Of a stretch of DNA of 61,783 bases, positions 34,633-44,348 are shown in pieces. The DNA is from Eubacteriales bacterium (lineage in GTDB: Bacteria > Bacillota > Clostridia > Oscillospirales > CAG-272): the NCBI GenBank assembly GCA_045541735.1, contig JAZQJQ010000086.1, forward strand, positions 1 through 61,783. Reading direction: 5' to 3'. The translations under genes and the position numbers were made by a program. The notes below the pieces were generated by a model, which was given only the letters and a program-made list of their open reading frames with translations, did no database searches and was not told the origin of the DNA. Within the stretch, counting starts at the first letter, position 1, and every line of letters begins with the position of its first letter.

Positions 34633-35214
34633 TTAAAGCCTTCCTTCGAGTTTCATTACGTAGGCGCGCAGAAGCGCCGCCTGAGTTTTTGCATCCTCTA
34701 TCTTTCCGTCGCAAACGAGCTTTACCGCATCCTCAAGGGGCATTCTGAGCGATGTAAGAAATTCGCCGTCGTCGAGACTTGTTTCTCCAAAAGTAAGTCC
34801 CTTTGCAAGATACATCGTTATGCGCTCGTCAACGTATGCCGGGGTTGTATATATATCGCCGAGGCAGATCATTTCTTTGCACACGGCGCCCGTTTCCTCT
34901 TTTAGCTCCTTTTTGGCGCGTAAGAGACGGTCATCATCCTTGCTTTCCAGCTTCCCTGCGGGTATTTCCAGCATTACGCGCCCTGCGGGGTAGCGGTACT
35001 GGCGCACAAGGATCACATTGCCGTCCCCGTCTATGGGAACAACGCATACGGCACCGAGATGGCGTACAACGTCCCAATGTGCGTGCTTTCCGTCGGGAAG
35101 CTCTACTTCCTCGCTGTACACGCGGATTATGGCTCCGTCGTATTTTTCCTCGGCGTGAACGCCCTTTACCTCAAGGCCGTCGTCATTCCATAAAGCGGAA
35201 TAATCCTTCGCCAT
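34633..35214 (-). CDS. NUDIX hydrolase (ADP-ribose pyrophosphatase-like)
   Basis: Nudix box GKLESKDDDRLLRAKKELKEETG. Confidence 0.8.
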   Translation of the reverse strand: MAKDYSALWNDDGLEVKGVHAEEKYDGAIIRVYSEEVELPDGKHAHWDVVRHLGAVCVVPIDGDGNVILVRQYRYPAGRVMLEIPAGKLESKDDDRLLRAKKELKEETGAVCKEMICLGDIYTTPAYVDERITMYLAKGLTFGETSLDDGEFLTSLRMPLEDAVKLVCDGKIEDAKTQAALLRAYVMKLEGRL

Positions 35215-36149
35215 TACTTTGCTCCTTTTGCGGCTTTTTCCGTTTCGTATTTTTCAAGTGCGATACGGAGTTTTTTCTTTTTTATAAGCTTGGGTACAAC
35301 GATTATTGCCGCAACGGCAAGTATACATACGGCAAAGATGATATAGTCAAGCACTATGGAAACGTCCTTCATGCCGATAAGCTCGAAAAGCATACTGGTG
35401 GTCCTCGCCTTGGAGAGGGGGGAAGTCTTTATAGCTGTTTCTCCGGTGTATTCACTTACGGTCTTTCCTTCGGAAACGATCTTCACTCCGTTTATGGAGA
35501 GCGTTTTATCGGAAACAAGAGCCGCCGCCGGGGATGAGATATCAAGGGTAGTGTAAGAAACGACAAGCTTGTTTGATGCGTGTACGGAGTTATTTGCCTT
35601 TAGGGTACCGCCCGTAAGACGTATCTCTCTGCCTGCAATTGCCGTTTCCTTGGAGTTTATCTCAATGCTTCCGCCCGTCTGGCTGAAGGTCGCATAGGGG
35701 GAACTGATGCCGATACCCTCGGAGTTGATCATGTAGGTGCCGGATTCGATTATGACCTTCTTATCGTCCATATTGATGGGGTTGAGGAAGCCTACCTCTC
35801 CGCCGTTCAATATAAGCGTGCCCTCACCGCGGAAATATGCTTCGCCTTCTATATCGAGCGCTGCATAGGAGGCGGTGATGGTGTTCGTACCCTCAAGAAC
35901 TACGGTAGCGCCGTTAGGTATACGGAGACCGTAGCGGTCCTTGGTGTTTACGGTGAAGTTGGTAAGCGTGAGCGTGTCGGTCTTGTTGTTCCAGTAAAAG
36001 CCGTCGCCGCTGGTATTCTTTCTTACGTCAAGCAGATTAACGGTGGAGGTGAATTCTCCCGCGCTTACGAAAACGGGAAGCGCGCAGAGAAGAAGTGCGC
36101 AAAGCAGAAGCACGGAAAGTGCCTTGAAAGAGAAATTGCGGTTTTTCAT
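35214..36149 (-). CDS. Secreted repeat-rich (beta-helix-like) protein with C-terminal membrane anchor, function unknown
   Basis: Signal peptide, G/T/N-rich repeats, a C-terminal TM segment and a KKKK stop-transfer. TAATG overlap with the nudix gene. Confidence 0.65.
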   Translation of the reverse strand: MKNRNFSFKALSVLLLCALLLCALPVFVSAGEFTSTVNLLDVRKNTSGDGFYWNNKTDTLTLTNFTVNTKDRYGLRIPNGATVVLEGTNTITASYAALDIEGEAYFRGEGTLILNGGEVGFLNPINMDDKKVIIESGTYMINSEGIGISSPYATFSQTGGSIEINSKETAIAGREIRLTGGTLKANNSVHASNKLVVSYTTLDISSPAAALVSDKTLSINGVKIVSEGKTVSEYTGETAIKTSPLSKARTTSMLFELIGMKDVSIVLDYIIFAVCILAVAAIIVVPKLIKKKKLRIALEKYETEKAAKGAK

Positions 36150-36158
36150 TATCTTTAC

Positions 36159-36932
36159 CTATCCTTCGTAGTTGGGAATCTTGTTTTTTTCTATATCGTA
36201 ATAGAATTTACTTGTGTTCATACCTGCGTAGAATTCGCTTGTTTGTGCATGCTGACGGACTACTCCGTTCATTTTGAACATAAGCGGAAGGTATTTGCCC
36301 TCTGCTATTATGTAGTGCTCGAGCAGGGGAACTCCGACGTTTTTGAGCGATATCTCAAGATTACCCGTCGTTTGTATATCCTCAAGCGACGGAATGGCAA
36401 CTCCGCTCGGATGGTTATGAGCAATAACGGCAATTGCCGCCTTGCGTACCATACACGGCTCTATGATCATACGCGGAGTTATGTGCGCGGAGCTGACTGT
36501 ACCGGAAAACACCTTAACCGTGTCGATTATCCTCATACTGTTATCGAGCATCGTAAGATAAACGACCTCGTTCGTTTCGCCGAGGAATTTAGCAACGTAC
36601 ATCTTGCCCAGAGTATCTGCGGTCTCGGCAGAGTTTTCGGGCACTTCGCTCTCAGCGTAATATCTCCCGGCAAGCTGAGGTATAAGCTTCAATAGAGTTA
36701 CGGCGTGCTCGCCTATTCCGTCTACCTCCATAAGGGCAACCGGATCGGCATCAAGTACTCCCGCAATATTTCCGAATCGGTCAAGAAGCGCGTGCGCAAG
36801 CTCGTTCGTGTCCTTTTGCGGTATTGCATAAAACAGTAAAAGCTCAAGTACGTTATGCTCCGCAAAGCTTTTGAGTCCCTCGGACATAAATCTTGCCTTC
36901 ACTCTGCTTCTGTGGTCCTTGTGTGGATTCAT
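36159..36932 (-). CDS. radC: RadC-family JAMM protein
   Basis: N-terminal HhH region plus JAMM motif AHNHPSG. TTGACA-17-TAAAAT lies upstream on the minus strand. Confidence 0.85.
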   Translation of the reverse strand: MNPHKDHRSRVKARFMSEGLKSFAEHNVLELLLFYAIPQKDTNELAHALLDRFGNIAGVLDADPVALMEVDGIGEHAVTLLKLIPQLAGRYYAESEVPENSAETADTLGKMYVAKFLGETNEVVYLTMLDNSMRIIDTVKVFSGTVSSAHITPRMIIEPCMVRKAAIAVIAHNHPSGVAIPSLEDIQTTGNLEISLKNVGVPLLEHYIIAEGKYLPLMFKMNGVVRQHAQTSEFYAGMNTSKFYYDIEKNKIPNYEG

Positions 36933-36995
36933 CCTATTCTCTCCGTTTGGGATTTTAACTTATGTATTTTACCATAATATACGGCGTATGTCAAT

Positions 36996-37907
36996 CTATA
37001 TCAGCAGTTCGGTTACGGCATATATTGAGGTAACGGTATTTCCGATAAGGTCTGCGGGCGCCTTGAAGCCTGCATCGCCGGGATCAAACGCAGCAGCGCG
37101 CAAGGTCACGCTCAACACGTTTTTCCCGTTTGTGTCCGCATGGATGGAAAAACCGCAGCTTTCCGCTGTCTGCATAGCCACAAGCATAGGCACTTGAGCA
37201 CTTGTGAAGCACGAAGATATAAGGGAAGCCTGCGTGCACGCGCTGAGGCTTGCTTCAAGATCCGATGCCATTTCTGCGGAGAACGCTATAGTTGTGCCCA
37301 AGCGGTCCTCTTTAAGGCAGACGTTTATATCATCCTTTGCGCCCTTGCAGTATGCCGCAATGATAGCTGTTGCACAGCAAAGCAAGGCATTGCGCTTTTG
37401 CACCGCACAGCCTACGGTGCTTACGTTGGAAACGGTTTTTAGTGTTTTACCGTTCTTTTGCACGGCTTTTGATGCTATATCTGTCCAGGTCTGTACTGTT
37501 TGCGCGTTCAAAAGTGCTTCTGCGTTTCCGTATAACGGCGAAAAGCAGGCGGTAAGCATTCTTCTGCCGTCAAGCTCTGTCGGCAGACTGCTTTTCTCTT
37601 CCTCCGAATTGCGCACAAGTGCGAATACGTATACGGTAGCTCCGCATAGGCTCTGTCTGTCCGCAAGCAGGGTGTAGTGTTTGCAGTTGCGGTGCATATC
37701 AAGCTTTGCAATGGCAAAGGGATCGTTTTTAAAAGATTCTTCCAAATCCGCGATAAGCTTACCGTCAAGCTCCGCTTTTCCGCGGTCTATCCATTTAACG
37801 GTGAGAGGCTCGGTGTACGCTGTTCTGTTTGCAAACAGAACGCGCATGCCCGGATCGCAGATCACGCACGGCAGTGTGCAGGATATATCTCCGTAAAAAG
37901 AAAACAT
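36996..37907 (-). CDS. Cys-rich cytoplasmic protein, function unknown (303 aa)
   Basis: Start at MFSFYGD, with GAGGTGG upstream. I recognise no motif. Lies 7 nt downstream of an XRE gene. Confidence 0.55.
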   Translation of the reverse strand: MFSFYGDISCTLPCVICDPGMRVLFANRTAYTEPLTVKWIDRGKAELDGKLIADLEESFKNDPFAIAKLDMHRNCKHYTLLADRQSLCGATVYVFALVRNSEEEKSSLPTELDGRRMLTACFSPLYGNAEALLNAQTVQTWTDIASKAVQKNGKTLKTVSNVSTVGCAVQKRNALLCCATAIIAAYCKGAKDDINVCLKEDRLGTTIAFSAEMASDLEASLSACTQASLISSCFTSAQVPMLVAMQTAESCGFSIHADTNGKNVLSVTLRAAAFDPGDAGFKAPADLIGNTVTSIYAVTELLI

Positions 37908-37914
37908 AGCCACC

Positions 37915-38127
37915 TCACTTCCCGCATTTTTGTGGATCGCGCTCGAATATGTAGTCAAGTGAGACGCAATAGTGGTCGGCAAGCGCAAGGAGGTGGCTGA
38001 GAGGAATGTTTTGGAACCCGCGCTCATAACGTGAATATACCGTTTGCTTGATCCCAAGAAGATCGGCAACGTCCTGCTGCTTCATATCGTGATCCTCGCG
38101 TAGGTCGCGTAGTCTGCGTATGTACAT
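37915..38127 (-). CDS. XRE-family helix-turn-helix protein (70 aa)
   Basis: LREDHDMKQQDVADLLGIKQTVYSRYERG. Confidence 0.75.
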   Translation of the reverse strand: MYIRRLRDLREDHDMKQQDVADLLGIKQTVYSRYERGFQNIPLSHLLALADHYCVSLDYIFERDPQKCGK

Positions 38128-38227
38128 TTTATTACTCTCCGTAGTATTAATCGGTACTATGGAAAAGTATAACCTAAAACGCGTTGTAAATCATCACGTA
38201 GTACTTATAAGTACTGGCGTTGGTAAA

Positions 38228-38269
38228 GAAAAACTGCACGCTGCGGATAATTCGAATCCGCAGCGTGCA
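38228..38269 (-). terminator. Intrinsic terminator after the GH2 gene
   Basis: 14-bp stem tgcacgctgcggat / atccgcagcgtgca, followed on the minus strand by a T-run. Confidence 0.75.
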
Positions 38270-38285
38270 AACTTTTGCGTATTAT

Positions 38286-40064
38286 TTACTTGCAGTGACG
38301 TGCGCGAACGTTGATAGCGCGGATCTTTGCCACATCGACCTTGGGGTTGCGGTCCATATCAAGCAGACCGTTTACCTCCTGGAATACGTCGGTAAGCTGA
38401 GTGTAGCAGTAGCCGCGGATGTAGGGCATGGACTTGAAGGCAGTGGTGATATCGTCGTAGCGGTCAAGGAATACCTGCTCGTCGTTTACCGCGCCGTTAT
38501 AACCCCAGTTGCCGTTGCCGCTGTCCTTGGAGAATGCGATTCCGCCGTACTCGGTAAGCAGGCAGGGCTTGCCTGTGTTATCGTAGTTATCCGCGGTGAC
38601 GGTGCGGCCCTTGTTGGGGCATCCGAGACCGAAGATCTCTGCATCCTCGTAATCCTCATGGCGGAGGTCCTTGTTGTATGCGGTGTAGTCATGTGCGGTC
38701 ACGATATCGGTCTCAGCCTGCTCCCAACCGTCGTTGCCGGAAACAAAGCGTGTTCCGTCAAGGCTGTGTACAACGTGGTAGAGCATATCGTTAAGCTGCT
38801 GCATCTCCTCGTTTTCCTTGATGCCGTAAACGCCCCAGCTCTCGTTAAGAGGCACCCAAGCGATAAGGGAGGGGTGGTTATAGTCGCGCTTTATAGCCTC
38901 GGAAAGGTCGCGGAGCATATTGCGCTTCTCTGCATCATTAAACCAATAAGCGGAGGGAAGCTCGCCCCAAACAAGGAGACCGAGCTTATCTGCCCAGTAA
39001 AGGTAACGGGGATCCTCGAATTTCTGATGCTTTCTTGCACCGTTGAAGCCGAGCTTACGGGTAAGCTCGATATCAAGCTTGAGCGCATCGTCTGTGGGAG
39101 CGGTAAGCAGACCGTCTTTCCAGTAGCCCTGGTCAAGGATAAGGCGCTGGTAAAGCTCGCGGTAGTTAAGGTAGATGCGGTCGCCGATGATCTCGATCTT
39201 GCGCATGCCGAAGTAGGTCACAAGGCTGTCCTCTACCTCGTTATCGCGTACGAGAGACACGTTAACGTCATAAAGATTGGGGGTGGCGGGGAACCAATAG
39301 TGGAATCCCTCAATCGTCTCGTCGTGGCCGAGGGAGAGGGTAAGCTCCGCGCGGCGGCGGCAGAAGGAGGTGGTACCGTCAACGACAGGCTTGCCGTTGT
39401 AGGTCACTTCAACCTTCGCCTTCATTCCCTCGGGAACGTTGTTTGCGTTTATTTCAAACTTAACGGAAGCGCGGTCAACGTCGGGACTGATGCGTACTTC
39501 CTTTATGTAGTTCATTCCGACAGCCTCAAGCCATACGGACTGCCAGATACCGCTCATGGGAGCGTACCAGCAAGCGAAGTTCTCGGGGCGGAAGCTCTGC
39601 TTTCCGCGGGGCTGCTCAGTGTCAAGTCTGTCCTCGCACATAACGGTAAGATGGTGCTTCTTCTTGCCGTCGCATTTTACGTGATTGGTGATATCGAAAT
39701 CAAAGGGGGTGTAACCGCCCTCGTGGGAGCCGAGGAACTGACCGTCGAGCCATACCTTGGTTATGTAGTCTGCTGCGCCGAAGTGCAGAAGAACTCTCTT
39801 GGATTCAAATTCAGCGGGAACGGTAACGGTGCGGTGGTACCATATATAATCGGAATGGCGCCTATCGTTAAGACCGGAAAGCTCGCACTGATAAACGAAG
39901 GGGACGGTGATCTTGGTGTCAAGGGTGGTTCTGCCCTGCCACTTTTCAGCCTCACCAATGCCGCTTTCGTCAAACGCGAAGTCCCATTCGCCGTTCAGGC
40001 AAAGCCAGCTTTCGCGGTATTTGTCGGGACGCGGATGCTCGGAACGGGGTATCTGCTTAGTCAT
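38286..40064 (-). CDS. Glycoside hydrolase family 2 protein (beta-galactosidase/glucuronidase-like)
   Basis: 592 aa. Sugar-binding N domain, then NHPSLIAWVPLNESWG in the TIM barrel. Confidence 0.8.
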   Translation of the reverse strand: MTKQIPRSEHPRPDKYRESWLCLNGEWDFAFDESGIGEAEKWQGRTTLDTKITVPFVYQCELSGLNDRRHSDYIWYHRTVTVPAEFESKRVLLHFGAADYITKVWLDGQFLGSHEGGYTPFDFDITNHVKCDGKKKHHLTVMCEDRLDTEQPRGKQSFRPENFACWYAPMSGIWQSVWLEAVGMNYIKEVRISPDVDRASVKFEINANNVPEGMKAKVEVTYNGKPVVDGTTSFCRRRAELTLSLGHDETIEGFHYWFPATPNLYDVNVSLVRDNEVEDSLVTYFGMRKIEIIGDRIYLNYRELYQRLILDQGYWKDGLLTAPTDDALKLDIELTRKLGFNGARKHQKFEDPRYLYWADKLGLLVWGELPSAYWFNDAEKRNMLRDLSEAIKRDYNHPSLIAWVPLNESWGVYGIKENEEMQQLNDMLYHVVHSLDGTRFVSGNDGWEQAETDIVTAHDYTAYNKDLRHEDYEDAEIFGLGCPNKGRTVTADNYDNTGKPCLLTEYGGIAFSKDSGNGNWGYNGAVNDEQVFLDRYDDITTAFKSMPYIRGYCYTQLTDVFQEVNGLLDMDRNPKVDVAKIRAINVRARHCK

Positions 40065-40171
40065 AATGCTTCCTCCAGATTTACAAAAAGTTGTTGTGAT
40101 AATGAAAAAATCAAATTAATAATTTGTTTTAATTAAGGGATTTTTTGCAATTTTGCCCTTATACAATATCT

Positions 40172-40200
40172 ATTATATATTATAAAAAATTGCTTTTCAA
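40172..40200 (-). promoter_or_regulatory. Candidate promoter of the GH2 gene
   Basis: On the minus strand, TTGAAA - 17 nt - TATAAT. Confidence 0.45.
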
Positions 40201-40210
40201 TAGATATGAG

Positions 40211-40238
40211 AAAAAAACCGCCCAAACGGGCGGTTTTT
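40211..40238. terminator. Bidirectional intrinsic terminator after thiI
   Basis: aaaaaaa-ccgccc-aaac-gggcgg-ttttt. Confidence 0.7.
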
Positions 40239-40263
40239 GTTCGTTTTGATAAAAGAGTTCGTT

Positions 40264-41436
40264 TTATTCAAACAGCTTGATATATTCTCTGCTCTCAAAC
40301 GCTTCCTTTGCAAGCGCTTCGAAATCGAGCTTTGATTCCTCGTTAAGCAGCTTGTGAAGCTCGGGCCTTGTGCGCGGATGACGGGGAGTGAAAACGGTGC
40401 AGCAATCCTCAAACGGCTGGATGGAAGTTTCAAAGCTGCCTATCTTACGCGCTATCGTAACTATCTCTTCCTTATCCAGTCCTATGCAGGGACGGAACAC
40501 GGGCATTGTAACGATATTATTGGTTACGGTGATCGCTTCCGTTGTCTGGCTTGCGACTTGACCGAGGCTTTCGCCCGTAATGAGCGCTCCGCAGTTTGCA
40601 TCCTTTGCGTACATTTCCGCAATGCGCATCATAAAACGGCGCAGAAGGAGGGTGAAATAATCCTCATCGCAATTATCCCGTATTGTTTCCTGGATCTTGG
40701 TAAGCGAGATAACGCAAGCCTGGCGAACGCAGGTGTAGGGCGAAATGATGCGTGCAAGCTCCATTACCTTTTCCCTGGCTCTCTCACTCGTATAGGGGAA
40801 GCTGTCGTAGTGCAGAAGCTGAACGGACATACCGCGCTTTGCCATCATATAGCCGGCAACAGGGCTGTCTATGCCGCCGGAAAGCAGGAGAAGTCCTCTG
40901 CCGCTGGAGCCTACGGGAATTCCGCCCGCTGCTTTTACCTGACCTGCGTGCACGTACGCATACTCATCGCGCACCTCAACTCTTACGGTAACGTCGGGGT
41001 TGTGGATGTCGACCTTTAGACCGCGTACCGTGTCAAGTATAACGCCGCCTACCTCGCGGCTTATCTCGGGACTGGTCATGGGGAATCGCTTGTCGCTTCG
41101 CTTTGCCTCTACTTTGAAGGTTCGTGCGCCTTCCATTTTTTCGGGGAGGTATTCGCGTGCGGCGGCGTAGATCGCCTCCGGCGTTTTTTCGCAAACGCAG
41201 GCGCGTACCGCTGCAACTATACCGAAAACGGTAAGGCAGGCTTCAAACATTCCCTCGATATCGGAGAACTCGTCGTCCGGCTCAATAAAAACGGTACTTT
41301 GCGCCGTGTGCACCTTAAAGCCTCCGTGGCGCTTTGCTCTGCCCTTCAGCTCGCGCGAGAGCATGGCTTCAAAATGCGGGCGGTTAGTGCCCTTTAACAC
41401 TATCTCGCCGTATTTGCAAAGAATTATCTCTTTCAT
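40264..41436 (-). CDS. thiI: tRNA 4-thiouridine synthase ThiI
   Basis: THUMP-type N-terminus (KYGEIVLKG) and PP-loop SGGIDSPVA. Confidence 0.9.
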   Translation of the reverse strand: MKEIILCKYGEIVLKGTNRPHFEAMLSRELKGRAKRHGGFKVHTAQSTVFIEPDDEFSDIEGMFEACLTVFGIVAAVRACVCEKTPEAIYAAAREYLPEKMEGARTFKVEAKRSDKRFPMTSPEISREVGGVILDTVRGLKVDIHNPDVTVRVEVRDEYAYVHAGQVKAAGGIPVGSSGRGLLLLSGGIDSPVAGYMMAKRGMSVQLLHYDSFPYTSERAREKVMELARIISPYTCVRQACVISLTKIQETIRDNCDEDYFTLLLRRFMMRIAEMYAKDANCGALITGESLGQVASQTTEAITVTNNIVTMPVFRPCIGLDKEEIVTIARKIGSFETSIQPFEDCCTVFTPRHPRTRPELHKLLNEESKLDFEALAKEAFESREYIKLFE

Positions 41437-42248
41437 TACTTCCTCTCGGCGGCAAAATACGTACCGCGCGCCTTTCCTTCAAGAATGGAGTAAAGCACTT
41501 CCGGCTCAGCGCCGTGGGCAAGGAACATCGGAATGCCTGCCGCACCCGCTATCTGAGCTGCCTCAAGCTTGCTTCGCATACCGCCCGTACCTCCTGCTGT
41601 ACCGGCACCGCCGGCACACGCGATAAGCTCGGGGGTTATCTTTTCAACATGCTCGATAAGCGTTGCCGTGGGGTCGTTTCTCGGGTCGGCGGTGAAAAAT
41701 CCCTCGCTGTCGCTGAGGTTGATGAGAAGGTCTGCCCCGCAAAGCTCTGCAACGTAGGCGGAAAGTGTGTCGTTATCGCCGAAGGATATCTTATCTCCGC
41801 TCTTTGTTTCAAGCTGGGCGGAGGAAACGGGGTCGTTCTCGTTCACTATCGGCAGGCAGGAGAGATCGAAAAGTATGCTGAAGGTGCTTGCCGCGCTCTT
41901 GCGTCTTTCCTCGTTATCAACAACGTCCTTGGTAAGCAGAAGCTGTGCAACCGTTTGTCCGTAATGCGCAAAAAAACGCTCGTATATCTTCATAAGCTCG
42001 CCCTGGCCTATTGCGGCAAGAGCCTGCTTTTCCTCCGTGCTTTTCGGGCGGCGGTCAAGACCGATGCGCGCAATACCCGCGCCGACAGCGCCGGAAGAAA
42101 CAAGAACTATCTCGATGCCCGAATTTTTGAGGTCGGAGAGCACGCGTGAGAGCTCCTCGATACGGCGCAGATTAAGCTTTCCGGTAGGGTGGGAGAGGGT
42201 GGACGTGCCCACTTTTACTACTATTCTGGAGTATTTTTTGTTATCCAC
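41436..42248 (-). CDS. proB: Glutamate 5-kinase (short form without PUA domain)
   Basis: VVKVGTSTL and VSSGAVGAG. 270 aa. Confidence 0.85.
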   Translation of the reverse strand: MDNKKYSRIVVKVGTSTLSHPTGKLNLRRIEELSRVLSDLKNSGIEIVLVSSGAVGAGIARIGLDRRPKSTEEKQALAAIGQGELMKIYERFFAHYGQTVAQLLLTKDVVDNEERRKSAASTFSILFDLSCLPIVNENDPVSSAQLETKSGDKISFGDNDTLSAYVAELCGADLLINLSDSEGFFTADPRNDPTATLIEHVEKITPELIACAGGAGTAGGTGGMRSKLEAAQIAGAAGIPMFLAHGAEPEVLYSILEGKARGTYFAAERK

Positions 42249-42425
42249 GGTATTACCTTCGTTTTATGGCAAAAAATAAAGAAATTTTTGCGTTTTTCTA
42301 TTTAAATTTGATTCGGCGTGTTGTATAATGAATGTATTAGGCAAAATATACCCACGCGGCATACTATACATTATAATTACTTAACGGCAAAAATGCAAGA
42401 GTTTTGGCAGAAAAGGGGGATAGCT

Positions 42426-44348
42426 GTGGCATCTGCGGTCAAAAAATCGAATAATCTGCCCGAGCTTCTTTCTCCTGCAGGCTCGCTTGCCGCGCTTAAA
42501 GCGGCGGTAAATGCGGGCGCGGATGCCGTTTACTTCGGAGGTACGGAGTTTTCCGCACGTGCGAATGCGAAGAACTTTTCCCGCGAAGAGATAAAGTATG
42601 CCATTGCCCTTTGCCGAGAACGCGGTGTAAAGACCAACATAACCGCAAACACCCTTGTTTTCGACCGGGAGCTTGACGAGTGGCTCAGATACGGCGAGTT
42701 TCTTTATCAGGCAGGTGCGGATGCGATGATAGTTGCCGACCTCGGCGCCGCGCACGAGCTGCACCGCCGTTTGCCCGATCTTGCCTTGCACGCAAGCACT
42801 CAGGCCGGAATTTGCGACGTTGGCGGTGCGCGCCTTGCTTCCGAGATAGGGTTTTCCCGGGTCGTGCTTTCACGCGAGCTTGATAGAACGGATATAAAAA
42901 AGATCACCGATGAATGCGGTATTGAAACGGAGATGTTCATTCACGGCGCGCTTTGCGTAAGCGTGTCGGGACAGTGCCTCTTCTCCTCGGCGGTGGGCGG
43001 AAGAAGCGGAAACAGAGGCGAATGCGCCCAGCCGTGCCGTATGGAGTACGGCGGTGAATATCCGCTCTCACTCAAGGATTACTGCCTTGCTCCGTATATA
43101 CCCGAGATACTGGATATCGGCGTTTCCTCGCTTAAAATAGAGGGCAGGATGAAAAGTCCCGAGTACGTTTACGGAGTTACCGAGATATACCGCCGATTGA
43201 TAGACGAGCGCAGAGCGCCCGATAAGAGCGAGATGAAGCGCCTTGAAGCGTATTTTTCGCGCAGCGGATTTACGGATGCGTACTTCACGGGGGGAGACCG
43301 CGGCAAAATGACCGGCGTGCGCACCGATGCCGATAAGGCAAAAAGCGCATCGGCTGATATAAGGATAGCGCAGAGTGATGCTGCGGTAAAGACCGTGTTC
43401 CCCTTGCGCGAGCTGCCGTCAACTGCGGGCGGAGAGGTCGTCTTTGAACGTACCGCCAAAAGTGCAGATAAGCGAAAAGAGCTCGTTTTGGAATTCATTT
43501 CGCCCGAAAGGCTTGAAAAAAGCGGAATAAGAGCTGACGGACGCCAGCGCGTGATACTTCCGTGTGATAGATTTGACAGTCGTTTTGCGGACGGAGCGTC
43601 GATCCCTCCCGTGTTTTTTGAAAGGGAGGCGGATGACGTACGGAAGCAGATAAAGAAGGCGGTCGGGGACGGCGCGAAGTATATTTCCGTCGGAAGCCTC
43701 GGAGGTATTGCCGCCGCAAAAGAGGCGGGCGTGCCCTTTGTGTGCAATATGCGCTGCAGCACGGCAAACACGCTGACTGCAATGCTGTATAAAAAACTCG
43801 GCGCGGAGCTTTCCGTTATCTCGCCAGAGCTTAACGTTGCTGCGGCAAGGGATATAAACAGAGGCGTTAAGAGTGCTGTGTTTTCCTACGGCAAGCTGCC
43901 GTTGATGACCCTTACGCGCTGTATAATAAAGCCGCGCACGGGATGCGAAAAATGCGGCTATGACAAATGCAGTCCGCGCATTGTTCTTAAAGACAGAATG
44001 GGTGTTTCGTTTCCCGTTTTTGCGGAATACGGACACCGTAACGTAATATACAATACGATACCCTCGTTCGTCGGAGGCAAGGAGACGGAGGGCACGGGAC
44101 TTTCGCTGTGCTGGCTCTCGTTTACCGACGAGGGGGGAGGAGAGTGTGCCGAAACGGTAAAGAGCTTCGTGCTTGGGCGCGAGCCAAGTTTCCCCGTAAG
44201 GCGTGCGGGAATAAGAAAGACCGCAAAGAAGGAGATAAGCGAGAATGGGAAAGATATTCGGAATAGATATGGGAACCTCCAACACCCGCATCTACGTCAA
44301 GGGAAGCGGAATAAAGGTAAGGGAACCCTCGGTGGTCGCGGTAGATAA
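42426..44348 (+). CDS. U32-family protein, long form (RlhA/YdcP-like architecture)
   Basis: ELLSPAGSLAALKAAVNAGADAVYFGG and E..CxxxC-type core. GTG 42426 has GGGGGA 5 nt upstream, while the alternative ATG at 42393 has no RBS. The 3' end overlaps mreB by 104 nt. Confidence 0.75.
   Translation: MASAVKKSNNLPELLSPAGSLAALKAAVNAGADAVYFGGTEFSARANAKNFSREEIKYAIALCRERGVKTNITANTLVFDRELDEWLRYGEFLYQAGADAMIVADLGAAHELHRRLPDLALHASTQAGICDVGGARLASEIGFSRVVLSRELDRTDIKKITDECGIETEMFIHGALCVSVSGQCLFSSAVGGRSGNRGECAQPCRMEYGGEYPLSLKDYCLAPYIPEILDIGVSSLKIEGRMKSPEYVYGVTEIYRRLIDERRAPDKSEMKRLEAYFSRSGFTDAYFTGGDRGKMTGVRTDADKAKSASADIRIAQSDAAVKTVFPLRELPSTAGGEVVFERTAKSADKRKELVLEFISPERLEKSGIRADGRQRVILPCDRFDSRFADGASIPPVFFEREADDVRKQIKKAVGDGAKYISVGSLGGIAAAKEAGVPFVCNMRCSTANTLTAMLYKKLGAELSVISPELNVAAARDINRGVKSAVFSYGKLPLMTLTRCIIKPRTGCEKCGYDKCSPRIVLKDRMGVSFPVFAEYGHRNVIYNTIPSFVGGKETEGTGLSLCWLSFTDEGGGECAETVKSFVLGREPSFPVRRAGIRKTAKKEISENGKDIRNRYGNLQHPHLRQGKRNKGKGTLGGRGR

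Noticed and set aside
38220-40136. 638-aa plus-strand ORF
   Set aside because: It is exactly antisense to the GH2 gene, whose translation has clear family motifs. Its own translation is V/A/G/L-rich low-complexity sequence with no RBS or motif. This is a typical shadow ORF in GC3-biased coding DNA.
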